Shown: positions 14,636-27,705 of the stretch, one piece after another
How the letters are laid out: every line of letters begins with the position of its first letter
Position numbering within the stretch: the first letter of the stretch is position 1
Assembly (NCBI RefSeq): GCF_009914755.1
Contig: NC_060926.1
Source of the DNA: the human T2T-CHM13v2.0 reference genome, Homo sapiens
Direction: 5' to 3' (one strand)
Length of the DNA: 64,000 nucleotides
Position numbers and translations under genes: made by a program
The notes under the pieces: model-generated
Databases searched by the model: none
The model's input: the letters and a program-made list of their open reading frames with translations, nothing else
What the model was told of the DNA's origin: nothing

Positions 14636-14970
14636 TCATACAATGAAGATTACTGAGCAGAATGGATCTTAAAAAATTTTGAACCAAACAACCACCTTTG
14701 AGAAGGCTGTGAAGAGCCTCTACCTTCTAGGGTAAAAGCAGGACTGTCTATGGGACAGGCAGTGCATGCTTGAGGGACCACTCTGGAAGCCCAGTGAACC
14801 TCGCAGCCATGATTCAGGGAAATGCAGACGGTCCTTGAGGCAGTCCTGAAGTCCTGAAGGATGGAATTAACCTACAGGCAGGTGTTTCAGGCTGAGATGG
14901 TAAATGTTTGGCCCAATAATATTAAATCTGTAGAACCATTTGCTTCCTCTGAAAGAAATCTGGAGGGTGC

Positions 14971-15344
14971 TGCTATGGTTTGGCTGTGTCCCCACCCAAA
15001 TTTCATTGTGAATTGTTGTTCCCATAAGCCCCACGTGTGGTGGGAGGGATGCAGTGGGAGGTAGTTTAATCGTGGAAATGGTCACCCTCATGCTGTTCTC
15101 CTGATAGTGAGCGAGTTCTCATGAGATCTGATGGTTTTATAAGGGGCTTTTCCCCCTTTTTCTCAGCACTTCTACTTGCTGCCACCATGCGAAGAAGGAC
15201 ATGTTTGCTTCCCTTCCACTATGTTTGTAAGTTTCCTGAGGGCTCCCAATCCCTGCGGAACTGTGAGTCAGTTAAATCTCTTTCCTTTACAAATTACCCA
15301 GTCTTGGGTATGTCTTTGTAGCGGTGTGAAAACTGACTAATACA
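14971..15344 (+). mobile_element. THE1-type MaLR solo LTR
   Basis: tgctatggtttggctgtgtccccacccaaat...gtgtgaaaactgactaataca. Confidence 0.88.
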
Positions 15345-16851
15345 GGTGGGGTTCTCTTAAATTGGGATCCATACCATCATCTGCCTATACTGTTTTGTGT
15401 GGCTTTGGAGCTTCAAAAAGCTAGGCCTGGACTATGGGAGGAGAGGAGCCAGACCCCATCTTCTCCTTTGTCTGGCCAGAGGACTATAAAAAGCTATTAT
15501 CCCGGGCTTGCGACAAGGCCACCTGGATGAAATCAATTGCTGTGGCCATGTGCTTTGGAAATGCACCAATGCATGAAGAACCACCAGGGTTACATGGCTT
15601 CTCAGCTCATCCAGGCCATCGCATCCTAGAGGTGAGGGAGAGTAGATACCCACCATCTACCATGCTAAATGGGGGCCATCCTAGGGCAAAAAATAAAGCA
15701 AGCTTTGAATTGAAGAGCAAAAGGAATCTGTACACTCTGAATGGGATTCTGATGTGCAATGATTCCTGGAGATCCCTTTAGTGCCAGGGGATTGGCACAA
15801 ATCTGATGAGGTCCTCTAGCTCTCAGAACTGCTTCCAGTAGCTGTGGTCAATTGATCTCTGGGTTGTACTTGTGTGTTTCCTGGGCATTCAGTCAAGTCT
15901 TGTTAAAGCTAAGCCAGTTCCCCACATTCTATGCAGAATTAGTCAGAATTCCTGACTCTTTTTCAAAGTCAGGAAATCAGAGGCACTCATACATAGAGAG
16001 AAGGAAGCCCTGCGAAGATGTCATCTCATGAGTGTTAGACAGAGGAACACAGGGGAGCAGTGGGGACAAGACAAAGGACAGGGATAAGACCCAAAATGGA
16101 ACAAACCAATTGGTGAAGGGAACCCATCAAGGAAGAACCCGAGTAACTGTGCCGAGTGAGAAACTGACATGTCCGGCCTGCCCATGTTGGCTGCCATGCC
16201 AGCGCAGGTGGGTTCCTAAGTGGCCTAGGTCCCCCAGGCAAACACCTTGTGAAAAGCCGCAGGTTCCTCCGTACTTCAATCTCTAGTGTGTATGCCAGTT
16301 TCTCCTGTGGGCCCTGTACTGGTTGAGAAAATAGAAAACTGCCAACGATAACAACTCTATTCATAATTGTCTAGGGTTTGTCTCAGACCTGTGGGATCCC
16401 TCAAATCCCATCACTGAGGCTATGGGAAACATTTACCCTGATTCTCCTTGGGACAGAGGAAGACACGGCTATGACTTTAGCCAGCCCAGAATGTAAATGA
16501 ACAACGTACAATCAACACCTCAATTATCTAGAAGAAACATTCCTGCATTACTCATAAAAGGTGCTAAGACAATGTGCTGGACATTGTTAAGTAGGAATAA
16601 TAACCCAAGTAGGCTGACCATGGAATTTATCTTCAAAACTAAGATGCCTTTCAAAATACAACTTTTTATAATTATGCCTGGACACAGGCATAAAGTGAGA
16701 CTCTCCCAGGCAATGGGACAATATAGTCACCCTGCACTTAATGTCCCAGGGAGCATCTGGAGACAGAATATCTGCAAAGTCCTACATCAATGCTAAGAAT
16801 GTTTTTAACAGGCAGAAGATGGATTCAAAAAAGTAGTATGACGTTCAATTC

Positions 16852-17427
<576 letters not shown>

Positions 17428-17430
<3 letters not shown>

Positions 17431-17592
17431 GAAAAGAGAAGAGAAGAGAAGAGAAGAGAAGAGAAGAGAAGAGAAGAGAAGAGAAGAGAAGAGAAGAGAA
17501 GAGAAGAGAGAAAAGGGAAGGGAAGGGAAGGGAAGGGAAGGGAAGGGAAGGGAAGGGAGAAAGGAAGGAAAAAGAGAAAGGGAAGGAAGGAA
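17428..17592. repeat. (GAGAA)n then (GGGAA)n polypurine repeat derived from an Alu tail
   Basis: Perfect pentamer arrays with a switch of unit. Confidence 0.95.
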
Positions 17593-18863
17593 ATTCATGG
17601 GCAACAAGGTCATGATAGGAGATTAATAAAAGTCAGAGTGAGTGGAGACATTCCTCAACTTCAAGTAGGGCATTAGGAGACAAATATCTCTTGGTGTCTC
17701 AGTAAAGACAGGCACCACAGGTCTGATGCAGAGTGGTATTTTATGTCCAAAGAGAACTAATTGCTATCTTCCTAAGATTTCTTACTGAAAAGTTTATTTA
17801 AATTGGCTTTGGGAAGTAAGGAAATTAACAATTTAGGCAAAAGTGCCTCTTCTGTGGTGCTTTCTATTCTTCCTTTATGGCCCTGAACCATGTAGACACC
17901 TTACACCTCTCCCAGCAGCCTTTACACATCTTGCTCACCCCAACTCTGTAAACATTTCCACAATGCCCCCTTTGTCTGGAATACTCCTCCTTCTTCCAGT
18001 CTTACAGCCATTGAGATCCAGCTCAGAGACCACCTTATTCATAAGCCTCTCCTCCATATTCTAGCCCACTCTGAGCTCTACCATGTCCATCTGTGCTCAG
18101 GCGTAAAACATCATGTACCTCTTCCTGATCATTTTGTATCTTGGGTGGCTTCTTATACCACCTTTACTGAAGCTTCCTTGATGGCAAGGGACAAGTCTTA
18201 GAGAAGTGGTGAGTAGGGAGTCAAGATACAGGTACATTAATAGCCAAAGCAGCAAAGACAATTCCCAAATAGGAGTTCTTAAAATGTCTTATCATCCAAT
18301 ATGTCCACTTTGAAGAACAGCAATCATTTGGATGTACAAATTCCAGTTTACTAAAAAAAAAAAAATTGCTTACCAACTGGTGATTACCTTTGGTAGAGAA
18401 ATGGAGCCTGCTAGAATGTTGGGATGCTACCAGTTCTTATTCCAAGTAACACTTTTACGCATAAAATAATAAAGATAAAATCAGACATCAGTTATTATAA
18501 AAGTATTTTTCATACCTTTGCTTCATTCTCTAGTTTCACATTAAACTATTTATTAAGATCTATATCATCTCTGTCTACTTACTAAGCATTTAGACCACAC
18601 AATGATCTAAAATGTTATAGACAAGGCTTTCTTCCAATGATTAGTTTTAAAGTCCTATTTAACTATTATACTTACCCAGCAATAATGCAAATGAATGTGT
18701 AGTTAAAAATATACAAGGCATAGTTTTCTAGATAATTTGCTTCCATTTCCTTGATGAACACTTACTGAACTCGCGTCCACCAGTGAGACACCACTGTAAA
18801 TTCTAAGGTTACAAAGATAAGTCACGCTTGGTTTCTGCCACTCCAAACTTTCAGGCAAAAGTA

Positions 18864-19050
18864 GCAGTTCTTAACTAGTGTTGAAACCAGTAGCTTCAAA
18901 AGTTTGCAGGAGCTTTTTCAAAGCCTGTATATCCAGGCTCCAAAATAAGTGATTCAGAATCTATAGTCTTGGATGGGTCCCTGGCAGGCATGTTTTTGTG
19001 AAAAATGCTCTAAGTAATTCTGATGTGTGCTTCCAGTTAAGAACCACTGG
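18864..19050. mobile_element. MER5-like hAT MITE
   Basis: Inverted ends cagttcttaact / agttaagaaccactg. Confidence 0.6.
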
Positions 19051-20366
19051 TCTGGTACAAAAACTAATCTAAGTCACATGAGTGATGCGTTTTATTATTA
19101 AAGTAAAAATCACCTTGAATTAAAGGCAACCTTATGCACATCTAAAATTGGAATATTTTACTCATCTATTTTTGAAATCTAGGTGATGAGATGATATTTA
19201 GACAAAATTGATATTCCCAAGTTCATCATAAGTCTCTGAAGTTCTTAGAGACAACTCTGAAAATGGTTTCTGTATTAGCTTTATTTGCTTATTAAGACTG
19301 TATTTTGGTCCTAAAATCTGTTAATAGATGATTACTGAAATCAGTCTTTGCAACAGTGTGTCACACATTACCACGTAACTCCTAATTATTTTAACCAATC
19401 CCCTAAAGTGGATCAATAGGACAAGCATGTTATTTGCAGCAATGTGCTGTTCACTCAATAAGAACAGTGGCTGGAGGCTCCTTCCAGGTAAAAGTGCAAT
19501 TTCAGTTAGTTGTTTATATCTCCCTTTGATCACATCTAGGGGGAAATGCCTGTATTTCCTCATAATGAAAAGCAATACTGTCCGGTTTAACTTTCATCAA
19601 ACTGCAGCTGGGTCAGAAGCAAAGTAGCCCTCAGGAAATTCCACATGCCAAGAGCAGGAACTGTGCCCCTTACAAAGGGGCAGCAGGAAGAATCTGAAAT
19701 GAAATAGAATTCATTCAAAAGAAGGAAGTTCTTTGGGGCTTTATAAAAGAGTGATCATTTGAGAGCTGTTGAAAAGCCAGTGTGAGTTCTTTGACACAGC
19801 ACTCAAACTGATAGACACTTCCAACATACTTTATAAGAAATGCAGAGCACATGCTCACTTTTTCTCTTCCTTAATGGTAGGAAGTCAATGTACATAGCAT
19901 AGTTGCTGCTGCATAGAGGTCTGTATAGAAAGACTTGTCTTCATACTCAGAATTCTAAGATCCACAGGCCAACTGATCAGAGACGAAAACCAGTAAAGTA
20001 GCAGTGAGAATGACAGTCTGGATGCATTTACGAAGCTGTTTGAGAATAGGGAATGGGCTTTTGTCAACACCTGCATTCCCATGGTCTTTTTAGGCTGAAG
20101 AACTGGTGCCACATAGGAGGCAATGAAGGTGCCCCAATAAAGCCTGCTGTGAATTACAAGCAAGAAAGAGAAATAGAAAGGAGAGATTTATAAAAGAAAG
20201 AAGAAAAGACAGAAAAAGAGAGAGTAAAAGAGGAAGAAAGACTAAGAAGGGTGATGGGAAAAGAAAACCAAACCATAAGATAGATACTGAGGGAGACAAA
20301 AGAAAAAAAAAAAGGAAATTAATACAGAGAAACAAAGTCGAAATGGAGGAAAGAAAATGAAGGCTT

Positions 20367-20962
20367 ATTTTGGAAGACAGTGTGGCAATTCCTCGAAGAC
20401 CTAAAGACAGAAATACCATTTGATTCAGCAATCCATTGCTGGGTATATAGCCAAAGAAATATAGATTATTCTATTATAAAGACACCTACATGTGTACATT
20501 CATTGCAGCACTATTCACAAGAGCAAAGACATGAAATCAGCCTAAATGCTCATCAATGATAAACTGGATAAAGAAAATGTGGTACATATGCACCATGGAA
20601 TACTATGCAGCCATAAAAAAGAATGAGATCATGTCCTTTGCAGGGACATGGATGGAGCTGGGGGCCATTATCCTTAGCAAACTAACACAAGAACAGAAAG
20701 CCAAACACTGCATGTTCTCACTTATAAGTGGGAGTGAAATGATGGGAACACATGGACATATAGAGGGGAACAACACACACTGGCGCCTTTTGGAGGGTGG
20801 AGGGTAGGAGGAGAGAGAGGATCAGGAAGAATAACTAATGAGTACAAGGCTTCATACCTGGGTGATAAAATAATCTGTACAATAGACCCCCATAACCCAA
20901 GTTTATCTATGCAACAAACATGCACTTGTACCCCAGAACTTCAAATATAAGTTTTAAAAAAG
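20367..20962 (+). mobile_element. 5'-truncated old L1PA (about L1PA13-16) 3' end
   Basis: End of ORF2 (track ORF 20556..20807 is the L1 C-terminus) and 3'UTR; duplication agaaaatgaaggctt (20352-20366) / agaaaataaaggctt (20963-20977). Confidence 0.9.
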
Positions 20963-21279
20963 AGAAAATAAAGGCTTTCTGTCAAAAATGTCAAGGGTTC
21001 TTATATCTTTTGTTATAAAAAGGCATTCTATCATCATCTGATTTTTATAACCTTATATTCCTCACTGCAACCCACAAAAAATGTAAAATTCGAGTTATTT
21101 CAAAGTTTTCACAAATAAACATTTGCTTAAATCATAACTGTATATATTCTAAGTCTGTGATTCCATTTATGAGGCTGAAATACAGAAGCACCCTAACTGA
21201 ACAGATCATGAGTCCATGTAAGGACTGGGCTGCAGGATGGGGTGGGAGGGAGAGCAGTGTAGGATGGAGGGAGAGCTGA

Positions 21280-21920
21280 GTCCATTCATTCAACATTCAG
21301 CAGATGTTTGCCGAGGTCAAGGTAGGAGGTAGCATTTAGGTTGAGCCCTGAAGGTGAAAATGAGCCAGCAAGAAAAGCTGGGGAGGTCAGTGTGTCAGAC
21401 AGAGCTCCAGTCACCAGTGTCTTAGCTGAGGCAGAGAAGCAGGAGGGGCCAGATCACAACCGGTCTCATGAACCTTAGTAAAGATGTGGATTCCTTGCCA
21501 AGCACCATGGGAATCCATTGGAGAGTTTTAAGCAGGGGAATAACACACGATTGGTGCATTCTCAAAGACCACAACTCAAAGAACAAACAAGATTTTCATA
21601 TAGATTGGATGTGAGGTATGAGGGAAGGGAAGAAATTACACATAGATAGTTTAGGCAACTTTGTGGGGGGTGTGGTGGTAGGCAAGTGAATCAAGATTTC
21701 CATCGTTAGTGTACTAAATTTGGGATGCTGATGAGACCCCCAAAGGGAGCAATCAAGTTGGTGGTTGGACGTAGAATATGGGTAGTTAGAAACATCATGG
21801 CTGAAGATTTCAGTTTCGGACTCATCTGAATACGGATGGTATTAAAACCACTGGGACAGGGAAAGTGTACTTAGGGAGAGAATAGAGGGTGACAAGGCCC
21901 AGAACCAAGCTCTACAGCCT
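21280..21920 (-). mobile_element. L2 remnant
   Basis: Degenerate L2 motifs (cattcattcaaca..., gggaatccattggagagttttaagcaggg). Confidence 0.6.
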
Positions 21921-24324
21921 GACAGTCATGATATAAACAGTTTGACATAGATATCAGACCATCATCATACTAGAAAAATCAACTAAAACATAAATATCTT
22001 CATTATTTTCCCAAAGCAGAGTTATAAGGAAAGATAAGATCTCTGTGACCTGAAGAACATAAACAGCTTCGGGAGGTCAGACCTTTGGCAACGTTAGCAT
22101 GGAAGAGGGAGACTTTGGTCTACCAGAAAAAAGGAAGTCTCAAGGACTCTACACAGCTCAACTCAACATTTAGATGCTGGAGAAAAAAAAGACAGAAGAA
22201 AGGGAAGGAAGGAGGGAGGAGGAAAAATGACAGTGCTGGACTTGAGAGGCTCACTTCTATTTGCTACACAACTGGGAGATTTCCCTAATGAGTTTAAAAC
22301 TGTAATGAAGGGGAACTTTCTCCAAAGATTATCCAGGGATCTGTTAACACCCTTGAGTAACTGGTTATGATGACAAATAAAAGTTGGGTTTCCTTCTCTC
22401 TCCTTCCATTTCCACTCTCCTCCTTCCCCACTCTCCTATCACACAAACAAATGCACTTACTCTGCTCTTGCCCACAACTCCAAGCTGTGCTCATTAGGAT
22501 GGCAATGAAATGTTCTGCCATCATTATGGCCCTTTTAAAACCAAGACTTTGCCAAGCTCACCTCCCTTGGTGCAAATGCAAAGCTGAGGACAACCAAAAG
22601 GGGCTCCAGTCATTATCTCTGGAATGGAGTGGTCAAGCATCAGTGGAAGCACAAAATGCTGGGCTTCAGGCCATTAACTGTTTGTTTTACTGCTTGTCTC
22701 CCTTAATATTAATACTAAAGAGTCTTAAATGGACTTTGTAGTTAACACCTCATTGGGATTAATAGCAAATGGGATTTGCTTTTCTCACTTCAGCCATTTG
22801 GCTAAAGACCATTTTCTTTCCTGTTAAAGGGAAAGCATAAGTGGAAAATAGAAATTCTGACCATAAATATTTGAGCAGTACGTGTTGGAAACAGACTGTG
22901 CCAAGTTTTCCTATTAAGACACAACAAGTCATTTGGCACAAACCAATAACCTAAAAAAATGGTTCACAGTCCACAAAGTCCCATGGCTGGCACCAGATAG
23001 GCATGAAAGGTTTGCAATATCACAGATTCCATCCCCAGATGAAGACCCAGGGATTTTGCATTAACTCGGAGGTGGGGGAAGACAAACACCTGCAATCCCG
23101 CATCTCACCCCTCAGAGGCAGGGGTGAAACAGCACACCTGTGCCAACTCTTTCAGAAGGTGGGATAAGGTTAGTGCAAAGCTAATAAGCCGGTCAGGATC
23201 CCCCTGGATTTGTGACTCAATACTTGTGGGCTGGGAAACAAAACTGGAGAAATAAATCAACTCTTGACAATGTCGGGCCAGGTGCAAAAATTGCTCGATG
23301 CTGAGAGCAAACTTGAGCCAGGACCCAGTCCAGGGTGGCAATGATTACACGAGGCTTACTAACATACCTCAGCTGTGTGGACTCAGATGTCCTTCCATTA
23401 CACGTAAGCAGAACGCAGTCCAAACCAGGAGGTAAAGGGGCCGGGGGCATTAAATAAGCATTTAAAAAGTGTCACCACACCCATGGACTATCACAATTAT
23501 GCCTCCATCACTGAAGAATGTCACTTGCCTGGTCACACCAACTATCCCAGGATTTCATGTAGAGTATTCTCACCTTTTGTAAAAAGGCTTTTAAAAATTT
23601 CCAACTAAAGGTTACTTGTGGTTTGCTTGCTTGCTTGTAAGGCACGTTTAGATGCTTAAAAGAGCAAATTGCTTTTTGGAAAATTCACCCACACAGAATC
23701 TCTCATTTTCTCTGGGTTCCTAAGTAAAGTATGGCCAAAAAATGCTTTCCAAATTAGAAGACACAACAGTACATCCCAGAAATGGTCCAAATATTTTTAC
23801 CTTTGTCACTTATGTAAACCATCAGGTAGATTATACCTAGCCAAATGACTATGAAAATTACATATTAAGTAATATCATTTGCTCTAGGGAAAAAAATTGT
23901 AAAGATACTGTGATGATATCCTAGCAAACATACAATCAACTTGCTATCACCTGAAGATAGATTGGCTTATTCTCAACAAACCTTACTGTCAAATATAGCA
24001 ATCCTTAACAACTACCTTCCTACTTTATAAACATCTCAGGTACACTCTCTGTCTATTCATCCTGCAGAGAAAACTCTAAAATTTATTTAATATCAAAATA
24101 CAGGCTTAAAGAGTGAACAAAAAAAAATTATATTGAGAGTCCTTCCTAGACTGACATTCTACACTTTTCCAAAAGAAATTTCTATTCCCATAGTAAAGTG
24201 TTATTAGCCACCGTGCTACATTTCTGTTTAATATTTTTTCAAGATTCACCCTACCACACTCCTCTCTCCATTAATATTAGACTAAGTTATGTGTCCTAAG
24301 TCAAATCATTTGTCCTAGTTGAGT

Positions 24325-24740
24325 ATTTGAACTGCGGGAATAACTGCTAATTGCCCACTGATATCTATTCTCCTCTCATGCCTATAATAATGGGATGTGG
24401 AGTTTTTGCTGTGAACTGGGCCACGCAGCTAAAGTATGTTTCTCCTCTGTGACCAGTGAGACAAAGTACAGAAATACCGTATTGTACATTTACAAGGACC
24501 GAGCACGCGCCCTTCCTATTGGCTAAAATACCAATGTGATTGTGACAGCTTGGACAGCCAGTTTGCATCCAGAGATGGAACCTGTGTGTTGAGAGCACAC
24601 AAGTGTACTCTATCGGTCCTAGACCAACTACCTCTTGATGGTAACAGTGGGGAGAAATTAACTTGTACCTTGTTGAAGCCACTGTATTTGAGGTCTCTCT
24701 ATTGCAACAGCTTATCCTGTTCCCTAAACAATACAGGCCT
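24325..24740 (+). mobile_element. Old MaLR (MLT1-type) LTR remnant
   Basis: MLT1-like 3' end (ttgttgaagccactgtatttgaggtctctctattgcaacagc...aataca). Confidence 0.55.
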
Positions 24741-25234
24741 GTAAATAAATCACACAAAACCCCTCCTGGGCCACATCCCACCACCTCTGCCACCTGGCCC
24801 AGAAAGAATCACCATTCAGCTACTACTTAGAGTCATAAACACAAAATACTAACTCCATCACATCCCCTTCTCGGTCCTCTTCCTTTGTAGTGACAAAGCT
24901 GAGTAGTCATCAAGGTGGCTCGCTTTATATTGAATAGGGAGGAGTGGGAACATCAACTTAGCAAAAGTGTCTAATGTCATTCCTCTGATTAAATAGGGAT
25001 ATATGAAATATGCATATAAACATGTATATTCTATAATTCGATTTTTAACACTTTATGTATTCTGTATAGAGTATGTTTCACATTACAGAAGTGGTAATTG
25101 CCCATAATATCCATTCATTAATTCCAAATGGATGCTTCCTGATTAGTGGCTTTACTATGAATATTTAAATGAGATACCAGGCTCCTGTGCTGACACAAGG
25201 GTAATGGAAAGATTACACCAGGCTCTGCCACCAG

Positions 25235-25421
25235 ATGGCCTGAGTTCTCACCAGCTCTGTGACTTTGAGAGAGTTAGTTATACCCTTCATGTCCTGGATT
25301 CCTTCTTTCTAAAATAAAAATAATAGCACTATCTATTTCCTGGGGTGGTTGTTATGATTAAAGGTCTTAATATCAGAATAGTTTTTAGGAAAGTGCAAGC
25401 ATTATGTAAGGACACTATAAA
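25235..25421 (+). mobile_element. MIR SINE
   Basis: MIR core and 3' part (ctgtgactttgagagagtt...ggggtggttgttatgattaaa...cactataaat). Confidence 0.65.
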
Positions 25422-27320
25422 TCATCATCAACTTCATCATCATCCTTATCCCATTACCATCATCATCAACTTCATCATCATCCTTATCCCATCACCATCA
25501 TCATCAACATCATCATCCCACCACCATCATCATCATCATCCTCACCCCATCAACATCATCATCAACATCATCACCCCACCACCATCATCATCATCCTCCT
25601 CACCCCATCACCAACATCATCAACATCATCCTCCTCACCCCATCACCATCATCATCAACATCATCACACCATCACCATCATCATCCTCCTCCTCATCCCA
25701 TCACCATCATCATCCTCCTCACCCCATCACCATCATCATCAACATCATCACACCATCACCATCATCATCCTCCTCCTCATCCCATCACCATCATCATCCT
25801 CCTCACCCCATCACCATCATCATCAACATCATCACACCATCACCATCATCATCCTCCTCCTCATCCCATCACCATCATCATCAACATCATCACACCATGA
25901 CCATCATCATCATCCTCCTTACCCCATCACCATCATCATCATCCTCACCCCATCACCATCATCATCATCACCCCATCGCCATCATCATCATCATCCTCAC
26001 CCCATCACCATCATCATCTTCATCATCACCCCATCGCCATTATCATCATCATCCTCACCCCATCATCATCATCAACATCATCATCCCATCACCATCATCG
26101 TCATCACCCCATCACCATCATCGTCATCATCCTCACCCCATTGCCATCATCATTAACATCATCACCCCATCACCATCATCATCATCACCCCATCACCAAC
26201 ATCATCAACATCATCATCACCCCATCACCATCATCATCAACATTATCACCCCATCACCGTCATCATCATCCTCCTCACCCCATCACCATCATCATCATCA
26301 CCCCATCACCATCATCATCATCCTCCTCACCCCATCTCCATCATCATCAACATCATCACCCCATCACCATCAACATCATCACCCCATCACCATCATCATC
26401 ATCACCCCACCACCGTCATCATCATCCTCCTCACCCCTTCACCATCATCGTCATCACCCCATCACCATCATCATCATCCTCCTTACCCCATCACCATTAT
26501 CATCATCCTCACCCCATCACCATCATCATCCTCATCCCATCACCATCATCATCATCATCATCCTCACCCCATCACCATCATCATCATCCTCACCCCATCA
26601 CCATCATCATCAACACCATCACCCCATCACCATCATCATCATCCTCACCCCATCACCATCATCATCAACATCATCACCCCATCACCATCATCATCATCCT
26701 CACCCCATCACCATCATCATCAACATCATCACCCCATCAACATCATCATCAGCATCATCACCCCACCACTATCATCATCATCCTCCTCACCTCATCTCCA
26801 TCATCAACATCATGACAGCATCACCATCATCATCATCCTCCTCACCCCATCACCATCATCATCCTCCTCACCCCATCACCATCATCATCTTCCTCACCCC
26901 ATCACCATCATCATCATCATCCTCACCCCATCACCATCATCATCATCATCACCCCATCACCATCATCATCAACATCATCACACCATCACCATCATCATCA
27001 TCATCCTCATCCCATCACCATCATCATCCTCCTCACCCCATCGCCATCATCATCATCACACCATCACCATCATCATCATCCTCCTTACCCCATCACCATC
27101 ATCATCATCATCCTCACCCCATTACCATCATCATCAACATCATCACCCCATCACCATCATCATCATCATCCTCACCACATCACCATCATCATCCTCATCC
27201 TCACCCCATCACCACCATCATCATCACCCCGTCACCATCATCATCATCATCCTCACCCCATCACCATCATCATCAACATCATCACCCCATCACCATCATC
27301 ATCATCATCATCACCAGCAA
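25422..27320. repeat. ~1.9-kb (CAT)n-derived higher-order tandem repeat
   Basis: Units of about 25-31 bp (caccccatcaccatcatcatca...), nearly G-free on the plus strand; three near-exact 84-bp copies at about 25624-25880. Confidence 0.97.
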
Positions 27321-27349
27321 CATAAGCAACCAACATGTATTTAAAATGG

Positions 27350-27705
27350 AGTCCTGGCTTATTGAGTTTGGTGGCTGTAATGAATGACCATAGACTGATG
27401 GCTTTAAAACAAAGGAAATTTATTGCTCACAGATCTAGAGGCTGGGAAGTACAAGTAGATTGAGTTCCACTGAGGGCCCGTTCCTGGCTCACAGATGGTC
27501 ATCTTCTCACTGTATCCTCACATAGCAGGAGAAGTGAGGAAGCTCTCTGGGGTCTCTTTCATAAGGACACTAATCCTATTAATGAGGGCTCTGCCCCTGT
27601 GACCTCATCACCTCTCAAAAGCCCCAGCTGCAAACACTCCTCATATTCGGTGTTAGGATTTCAACATATGAATTTGGGGAGGAAATAAACACTCAATGTA
27701 CGGCA
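27350..27705 (-). mobile_element. MLT1A-like MaLR LTR
   Basis: aaatttattgctcacag...ctggggtctctttcataaggacactaatcc...tttcaacatatgaatttgggg. Confidence 0.8.

Noticed and set aside
15949-15977. Small inverted repeat ttcctgact...agtcaggaa
   Set aside because: A 9-bp stem is within chance expectation for 64 kb and shows no ncRNA features.
25345-27387. 680-aa His/Ser/Ile/Pro-rich ORF on the plus strand (and nested ORF 26141..26815)
   Set aside because: It stays open only because the CAT repeat is nearly G-free and so rarely forms stop codons. It starts at a GTG within a MIR, is antisense to DNER, and has no promoter or splice support.
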